32,000 nt of DNA from Methanosphaera stadtmanae DSM 3091. Its GTDB lineage: Archaea; Methanobacteriota; Methanobacteria; Methanobacteriales; Methanobacteriaceae. The DNA lies in NCBI RefSeq assembly GCF_000012545.1, contig NC_007681.1, positions 1,230,001 to 1,262,000 on the forward strand, in the 5' to 3' direction. The translations under genes were made by a program, and so were the position numbers. The notes under the pieces were generated by a model. It was not told the DNA's origin, ran no database searches, and saw nothing but the letters and a program-made list of their open reading frames with translations. Positions 27,501-32,000 of the stretch are shown one piece after another; position 1 is the stretch's first letter, and every line of letters begins with the position of its first letter.

Positions 27501-28039
27501 ACATGATAGTTATATTTAACCATAGAACCATTGATGTTTATTTTGTTTGAAATTGTTTTACCATTTATTTTAAATACACTATTACCTGTTGCATCTGCAG
27601 GAACAATTGCTACAAATGTTGTGTTAGTTCCAGGACGTAGAGGTTGGTTATTTAATCTGATATTTGGATTGATTTTGGTTGTATTATTCTTTGTAGTAGA
27701 TACTTTAGAATTATCTTCTGTTTCTACCGTGTTATTAGAAGTAGTTGTTGTACTTTTAGATTTTATTGTTTTATCTGTAGATTCTATGTTATTTTCACAT
27801 TTAATGTTGTTGTTTTTAGATGTGTCAGTTTTAACTGATTTACCCTTAGAGGATACTTCTTTTAAATCATCAGTTACTTTTTTAGTTTCAACATTAGATG
27901 ATATTTGATCTTGAATATCATGATTTACACTAACAACTGTTGAATTGTCTGTATTACTTGCAGTTACACTGCTTATTGATATTAACATAAATATTACTAA
28001 TAAAGAAGCTAAAAAAATATGACTTCTTCTAGTACTAAT
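24566..28039 (-). CDS. Giant adhesin-like surface protein: signal peptide, Ser/Thr/Asn-rich spacer, six tandem Ig-like modules, C-terminal Pmp-type beta-helix. Start extended to ATT 28039.
   Basis: The track ORF starts at ATG 27988 (MLISISSVTASN), which leaves only a partial signal peptide. The frame is open upstream to TAA 28069-28067 and adds (I)STRRSHIFLASLLVIF, giving a complete n-region and h-region. SD GGAGGT (28051-28046) lies 6 nt before ATT 28039 and 3 nt before ATC 28042. Six modules of about 95 aa carry (V/E)FK(I/L/V)NG. About 11 GGAI repeats end at NGNYWGGSTPKW. Confidence 0.88.
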   Translation of the reverse strand: MSTRRSHIFLASLLVIFMLISISSVTASNTDNSTVVSVNHDIQDQISSNVETKKVTDDLKEVSSKGKSVKTDTSKNNNIKCENNIESTDKTIKSKSTTTTSNNTVETEDNSKVSTTKNNTTKINPNIRLNNQPLRPGTNTTFVAIVPADATGNSVFKINGKTISNKININGSMVKYNYHVPTSFHSKTYNLTFVYSGDSKYLKKSVSTIVELDIESGKNPNMQLNNVTGKYLKVIPIKVKLASDATGNVVFKIKGTTISDKIKVVNGVATFYYNKTFVPGKYRLTAVYSGNAKYTNATVRSYLTITKLNSRIYTSNVMSKAGSKVSFKAQAVDELNRPINNSLVVFKLNGETFGRCYTNATGYAVYNYTLPSTLNSKSFIINVFSTENKRVYGAKKNATLYLHQLKTKVVVPVVNTKINDTVSLSATVIDENNNNVWKGEVTFKLNGKVLKTVNVSNGYALYSFKPTTNVATKFDIIALYTGYWKYASSFSGGRINVDKIGTITTTRAAETKTGSSVVLSAVVRDKNQQRVNGGYVEFKVNNTVVGKALVKNGDANFTYTLKLIPKGVYRLNATYLGSDSYYSSYNLNTLNVSQLSVRVVGNPYNVKVGESVVLKVNVLDETNHYVEKGVVEYKVNGTFIGRANVTKGVASLSYRPPNNFSGLSLKYSATLLANQYYNSTSTVQNLTISSLKNVYVSTKGNDNNLGDKAHPYKTLAYAVGHVSTFGCVTLLDGTYSASGILLNNSITIVGSSISKTIITGGDTYKPIFKLTSSITHVTIKFLTIKNGYSIEKNSAGAISSIGKLTIKGVNFVNNKATGLLSAGAIYSNGIMNLTTVKFINNTVKNINAEGGAVRLINNTTSMDNVEFNNNQAVGSNSTGGGAIYFKDGEMVIKNCKFNGNKATGKTILGGAIKSSFGNIVILSSSFTNNHVSGSNYALGGAISSLGTGLYINNTILQSNKATDTLFAGAGAIYSQYAAMILNNSVLKSNSAKSKSALGGAIEAYHTYATVQNTKISENYVEATQSSASGGAIYYESGNLTLDKCELASNTATSKNVSIGGALYISANVTVKDSDFLSNKATGKIVGGGAIANLNKLTVTKTNLISNKASNIGNAITATSNSHNSINGNYWGGSTPKWSTLLRGLSKPSYISKTKISH

Positions 28040-28409
28040 GATTTTACCTCCTTTTAAATTAATAATTTAATTGAAGAATTCAATCTATAATAAATTTAAA
28101 TATAAAAAAATTAATCATTCTTCATAATAGTTATTTTAGTCAAGCAAATATATATAATATTTGAAATAAAATCTATTAAATTAGAATAATTTATAATATC
28201 AATGATATAATTAGATAAAATTAGATAGCTAATAGAAAAATTAAGTTATATTTAATTATTTTAAAAAAAATAGAATAGTATTAATAAGAAGTAATTAATA
28301 AATATATCCGTATATAATTTCGAAATAATGTATGAAAAGATTATAATTTACTTGATAAAAATTCATACAATTTTGTTTATATAAATAAAAAAAATAAGGA
28401 GGATATAAC

Positions 28410-29111
28410 ATGTTAGAACAATTTTGGCAATATGGTATATTGGCTGCTGTTTTAATATTTGGTCTCAAAATTGGACTAGCTTTAGGATTTTCAGGTATTG
28501 AAAAGAAAAAAGTTCTTTTAATATTAGTTGGTTATGGCGTAGCTTTAACTATATTTTCATATGTATTAACACCATATACACAACAAGTATATACCTTTGT
28601 ATACCAATACACATCGGGAATTTTCGCTTGTATTGCAATTGTAATTCTTATTACTGGATTTAAAACAATATATGATTGGAAAGTAACTGGAAAAGATGTT
28701 GGTTCAGGTACTTGTATGGCTGTAGTTGCACCATGTCCTTGCTGTTTTGGAGCTATTTTAGCTTCCATCATGTTAGTAGCACCAATAGCTGGAGTTTCAT
28801 CAATAACATTAGGTGTATTCTCTTCAGTAGCATTAGTGCTTGTTATGGGAATAACTTATTTCTTATCTATGCAAATTGTAAAAAGAATGAAACAACCATA
28901 CCCTATAGTTTTAGGTAATTTCATGATATTTATAGGATTATACTTTGTTTTATGTCTTATTATATTACCAAACATGGCTTATATAACAACAGGAACATCA
29001 ATTGAAATACAATCAATAGAAAATGTATCTTTAATGATTGTCAGTGTTTTATGTTTACTTATTGCAGGTGGAATATTTGCTAGAAACAAAAGTTATTTCT
29101 TAGAAAAATAA
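28410..29111 (+). CDS. Polytopic membrane protein with an intramembrane CPCC motif (from memory resembles the archaeal 'predicted transporter' DUF2162 family)
   Basis: 233 aa and almost entirely hydrophobic (about 6-7 TM segments by eye). CPCC at aa 109-112 (nt 28734-28745) lies within VVAPCPCCFGAILASIML. SD GGAGG upstream. First gene of a tightly packed three-gene unit. Confidence 0.6.
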   Translation: MLEQFWQYGILAAVLIFGLKIGLALGFSGIEKKKVLLILVGYGVALTIFSYVLTPYTQQVYTFVYQYTSGIFACIAIVILITGFKTIYDWKVTGKDVGSGTCMAVVAPCPCCFGAILASIMLVAPIAGVSSITLGVFSSVALVLVMGITYFLSMQIVKRMKQPYPIVLGNFMIFIGLYFVLCLIILPNMAYITTGTSIEIQSIENVSLMIVSVLCLLIAGGIFARNKSYFLEK

Positions 29112-29139
29112 AACAAGAGACAAAGTAGGAGGAAAAGAA

Positions 29140-29784
29140 ATGTCAACAGCCATTCCTGGTGGAGAAATGTTATCAGGAGCATTAAATGTTATTGCACAAA
29201 GTTTATTACTTCCAGTAATGATTTTACTTGTAATATTTGTTATATTTGCTATTATAGAATTAGGAGCAATTATTGCAGAATATACTGGGCGTAAGAAAAT
29301 CACTGCAAAGGATAAAAGTATAATAATAAAAAATATTGCTTCTTGTAAAACACAAGATGAAATCTGTCAAGTACTCAATGACAGTAAATTAAAAAAATAT
29401 GATAAAGAAATATTAACATCAATAGCAAAACTTGATAAAGAATTATATGATAAACAAACACGTGAAGTTTTAGCTAGAAATCTTCTTGAAGATCAAGAAT
29501 TTAAAGTTGAAAAATCTCTAGAAAAAGCTGATATTGTAGCAAAAGTAGGATCTGGTTGTGGATTATTAGGTACAATTATTCCAATGGGCCCAGGACTAGC
29601 TGCACTAGGAAATGGAGATATGGTTACCTTAACTTCAAATCTAACAGTTGCTTTTAACACAACAACAGCTGGACTAGCTGCAGGTAGTTTATGTTTTGTA
29701 ATATCAAAAATACGCAGTAGATGGTATGAAGAAGATTTAGCCATGCTATATGATTTATCAGAAACTATTCTTGAGGTGATGTAA
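29140..29784 (+). CDS. MotA/TolQ/ExbB-family proton channel protein
   Basis: 214 aa. One N-terminal TM plus a C-terminal TM pair carrying family motifs GCGLLGTIIPMGPG and AFNTTTAGLAAGSLCFVISKI. SD GGAGG upstream. Its stop overlaps the next start (TAATG). Confidence 0.85.
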   Translation: MSTAIPGGEMLSGALNVIAQSLLLPVMILLVIFVIFAIIELGAIIAEYTGRKKITAKDKSIIIKNIASCKTQDEICQVLNDSKLKKYDKEILTSIAKLDKELYDKQTREVLARNLLEDQEFKVEKSLEKADIVAKVGSGCGLLGTIIPMGPGLAALGNGDMVTLTSNLTVAFNTTTAGLAAGSLCFVISKIRSRWYEEDLAMLYDLSETILEVM

Positions 29785-30125
29785 TGACACTAAAAAGAAG
29801 AAGACTATCTAAAAGGAATCATGATATTGATCCTATGTCTTCTGCAGTTAATATGACTGATGTAATGTTAGTTTTAGCTGTGGGCTTTCTAATATTTGCA
29901 GTTATGGCAACAGGTGCTCAGAATATTATAAATAGTGACATGTCTCCCCAAGAAAAACAGTCAGCAATGCAAGCTGCACAACAAACAACAGAACTTGATG
30001 AAGAAACCACACCATTAGATACCAAACCTGAAGAGATTCAAAGTAGTGGTTCTGGATACCAGGAAAGAGGTAAAGTATACCAAGACCCAAGTACTGGAAA
30101 ACTAGTTCTGGTTAAATCATCATGA
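29784..30125 (+). CDS. ExbD/TolR-like single-pass membrane protein with a short acidic/polar extracytoplasmic tail (possibly the DUF2149 family)
   Basis: 113 aa. Basic N-terminus, then the TM NMTDVMLVLAVGFLIFAVM, which resembles the ExbD/TolR consensus (..DV.lvLLiFF..) and includes Asp26 at the position of the protonatable Asp. It lacks a full ExbD periplasmic domain. It is translationally coupled to the ExbB-like gene. Confidence 0.65.
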   Translation: MTLKRRRLSKRNHDIDPMSSAVNMTDVMLVLAVGFLIFAVMATGAQNIINSDMSPQEKQSAMQAAQQTTELDEETTPLDTKPEEIQSSGSGYQERGKVYQDPSTGKLVLVKSS

Positions 30126-30150
30126 AAAGAAAATACTATTTTTTGGATAT

Positions 30151-30178
30151 GAATAGGACTTTCCTATTCAATATTTTT
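30151..30178 (+). terminator. Hairpin plus T-run downstream of the ExbD-like gene
   Basis: GAATAGGA-CTT-TCCTATTC (30151-30169) is a perfect 8-bp stem. It is followed by AATATTTTTAT containing a T5 run, and lies 26 nt after the stop codon. Confidence 0.35.
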
Positions 30179-30257
30179 ATATTATAAATAGATGATGAAA
30201 TATTAAGTGTATATGTTATTTTTAAGAATAAATTTATTTTATAGAGGATTGATTAAA

Positions 30258-30422
30258 ATGAAAGAGAGTAAATTAAGAACTTCAAAGAAAATTAATAGAA
30301 ATTCTAATTATTTTACTAAAGAAAAACAAATAATAAGTATCATACTAAAATTATTGATAATATTTGTTTTAATTACAATTACAATAAATCTTATTAATTA
30401 TATAAATATTTTACTAAACTAG
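30258..30422 (+). CDS. Possible small (54 aa) basic protein with a C-terminal TM segment
   Basis: The internal ATG 30258 of track ORF 30207..30422 is preceded by AGAGGA about 9 nt upstream. Sequence MKESKLRTSKKINRNSNYFTKEKQIISIILKLLIIFVLITITINLINYINILLN. AT-rich sequence makes chance ORFs likely. Confidence 0.25.
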   Translation: MKESKLRTSKKINRNSNYFTKEKQIISIILKLLIIFVLITITINLINYINILLN

Positions 30423-30947
30423 AAAAATACTGTAATTTGTATAATAACATATATATTAAATAGTTACTTTTTCAAAAAATAATAAAACTTAGTTTAATAA
30501 TGAACAATGACTTAAATAATCTCCAAAAACTTAAAATAAATATACTTATTTTATAATATTTTTATTAATTATTTAAAGTAAATGATACTTTAATACAAAG
30601 TATCATACAACCTTCAAGATATTTTTCAAATATTGACTTATCCTTATATAAACCACCAAAATAAACAATAAAATTAGAAAAATAGGTTTTTTTAACAAAC
30701 ACCTGACATAAACTAAAGAAAATAAAAAATAGTTTTAAAAAATATACAACACTCATAATAAATAGAATTTATTCTTATTTTTTTAAAAATAACAAAGTAA
30801 AACAATAAAATAAAGTAAAATTTATATTAAATTTATAAAAGTTAAATAGTTTAGTGAATAAATATATCAATTATCATGAATTATCTTGATATGAAAAAAT
30901 TATCTTAAATTAAGATATTTGTGAAAAGTAACAATAAAGGTGAAAAA

Positions 30948-32000
30948 ATGAAGACCATAAATAAATTTCTATTGGCAACAATAGTTTTATTAATGGTTGG
31001 CTTAGGTTGTGCAGCTGCTGCAGATAGTTCAAGTAATTCAACTATAGCAACTGTACATGAAACTTCAAGCCTAAGTGGTGATATCCAAAGTAGTTCAATA
31101 GAACCTACTTTAACAAAGGATATTCAAACAACTAATAAAGATAATATAAAAGAAAAAACTTCAGATAGTAGTACCAAAAGTATTCAAACAAAGGATACGC
31201 AAAAGAAAACTACATCTAACAGTTTTTCAAAAGATGTAACAAATAAAAATACACAAGTATCTAAAAATGTAGAAAAAGATACTAAAATCATAGAAACAAC
31301 GAAAAAAGAATCTAATACACAACCAACAAAAACAGTGAAAAAAGCAACAGTTACAACAATAACTCCCGATGACTATGATTTATATTTCAGATATAATCCT
31401 AAAACTAATAAAACAGAATCTACAACACTTGTATCTGCAGGAGATGTGTTAGATTTACAGGGAACATTTAAAAATGTTAACTTCACAATAGATAAATCTA
31501 AAATAACAATAACAAGTATTGGTAAAACTGCAAAGTTATACAACTGTACAGTAAATGTTTTAGGACTTCAAAGTGCAGGTTCATCTGTACATAACCTAAC
31601 AATTACTAATAACAACTATTATGGTAGTGGAATCTACTTAAATGTTACAAAAAATATTCTTGTAGCTAACAACACCATACATGTATGGGGACCATTTGCA
31701 TTTGCTCTACCATGTGATAGAGTAAATAATAGTTTAGTTATTGATAATTATCTTGAAACATCATGCCGTGAAGATACAAATCGTACACACACAGCAACAC
31801 CATGGGGATTATCCTACTATAACAACATAGTAAACAACACCGTAGTAAGTGACCAAGCAAATGGTATTTACTTCAGTTTATGGGGATCAGGATTATTCCA
31901 AGGAGGATACTGTGATTACAACAATGTAACAGGTAATGATGTTACAGGAGGAGATACTTCCTGGAGTTACACCATACAAATTATGGGTACAGGTAACATC
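30948..32000 (+). CDS. Adhesin-like surface protein, N-terminal 351 aa (continues past the window end)
   Basis: Absent from the ORF track because no stop falls in the window. ATG 30948 is preceded by AAGGTGA. Hand translation is open to 32000: signal peptide MKTINKFLLATIVLLMVGLGCAAAA, a Ser/Thr/Lys-rich spacer, then beta-helix-type repeats (VHNLTITNNNYYGSGIYLNVTKNILVANNTIHV...NNIVNNTVVSDQANGIYF). Confidence 0.8.
   Translation, partial: MKTINKFLLATIVLLMVGLGCAAAADSSSNSTIATVHETSSLSGDIQSSSIEPTLTKDIQTTNKDNIKEKTSDSSTKSIQTKDTQKKTTSNSFSKDVTNKNTQVSKNVEKDTKIIETTKKESNTQPTKTVKKATVTTITPDDYDLYFRYNPKTNKTESTTLVSAGDVLDLQGTFKNVNFTIDKSKITITSIGKTAKLYNCTVNVLGLQSAGSSVHNLTITNNNYYGSGIYLNVTKNILVANNTIHVWGPFAFALPCDRVNNSLVIDNYLETSCREDTNRTHTATPWGLSYYNNIVNNTVVSDQANGIYFSLWGSGLFQGGYCDYNNVTGNDVTGGDTSWSYTIQIMGTGNI

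Noticed and set aside
25950-27660. Tandem ~285-nt periodicity inside the giant adhesin gene, considered as a possible CRISPR or satellite array
   Set aside because: The periodicity reflects six diverged protein-coding Ig-like modules within one continuous ORF. There are no short identical direct repeats with unique spacers.
30565-30756. 63-aa minus-strand ORF, and the GTG-initiated 5' extension (30207..30257) of the small plus-strand ORF
   Set aside because: They lie in a very AT-rich intergenic region with no SD. The sequences are low-complexity and lack motifs. Only the ATG 30258 version is kept, as a low-confidence small protein.

Overview
Very AT-rich archaeal DNA (about a quarter to 30% G+C by eye). 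Hallmark genes (TATA-box binding protein, a nurA-herA-mre11-rad50 operon, an AksA-like synthase beside an aconitase-family large subunit) and several large Asn/Thr-rich adhesin-like surface proteins point to a host-associated Methanobacteriales methanogen, Methanosphaera- or Methanobrevibacter-like. Left to right: a GT2 (partial)/galE sugar operon; a secreted SNase-type nuclease; a tandem winged-helix protein; an adhesin-like gene bracketed by two remnants of an IS5-like transposase; the DSB-repair operon; a SerB phosphatase fused to a long coiled coil; tbp; a CYTH protein; the synthase/dehydratase pair; galU plus a long-form rmlA-like gene; two convergent giant adhesin-like genes; an uncharacterised membrane trio; and a further adhesin-like gene running off the window end that the ORF track misses. 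Main items worth a second look: (1) the trio, a CPCC-motif polytopic protein followed by translationally coupled ExbB-like and ExbD-like proteins, that is, a Ton/Tol-type proton motor in an organism with no outer membrane; (2) two well-supported genes with a strong Shine-Dalgarno site but no ATG/GTG/TTG start, with ATC/ATT at initiation distance; (3) a roughly 95-105 nt relatively GC-rich element present twice in inverted orientation, each copy just upstream of and co-oriented with a gene (SNase, tbp); (4) IS remnants flanking an apparently mosaic adhesin gene; (5) the SerB/coiled-coil fusion. No rRNA, convincing tRNA or CRISPR array was seen.
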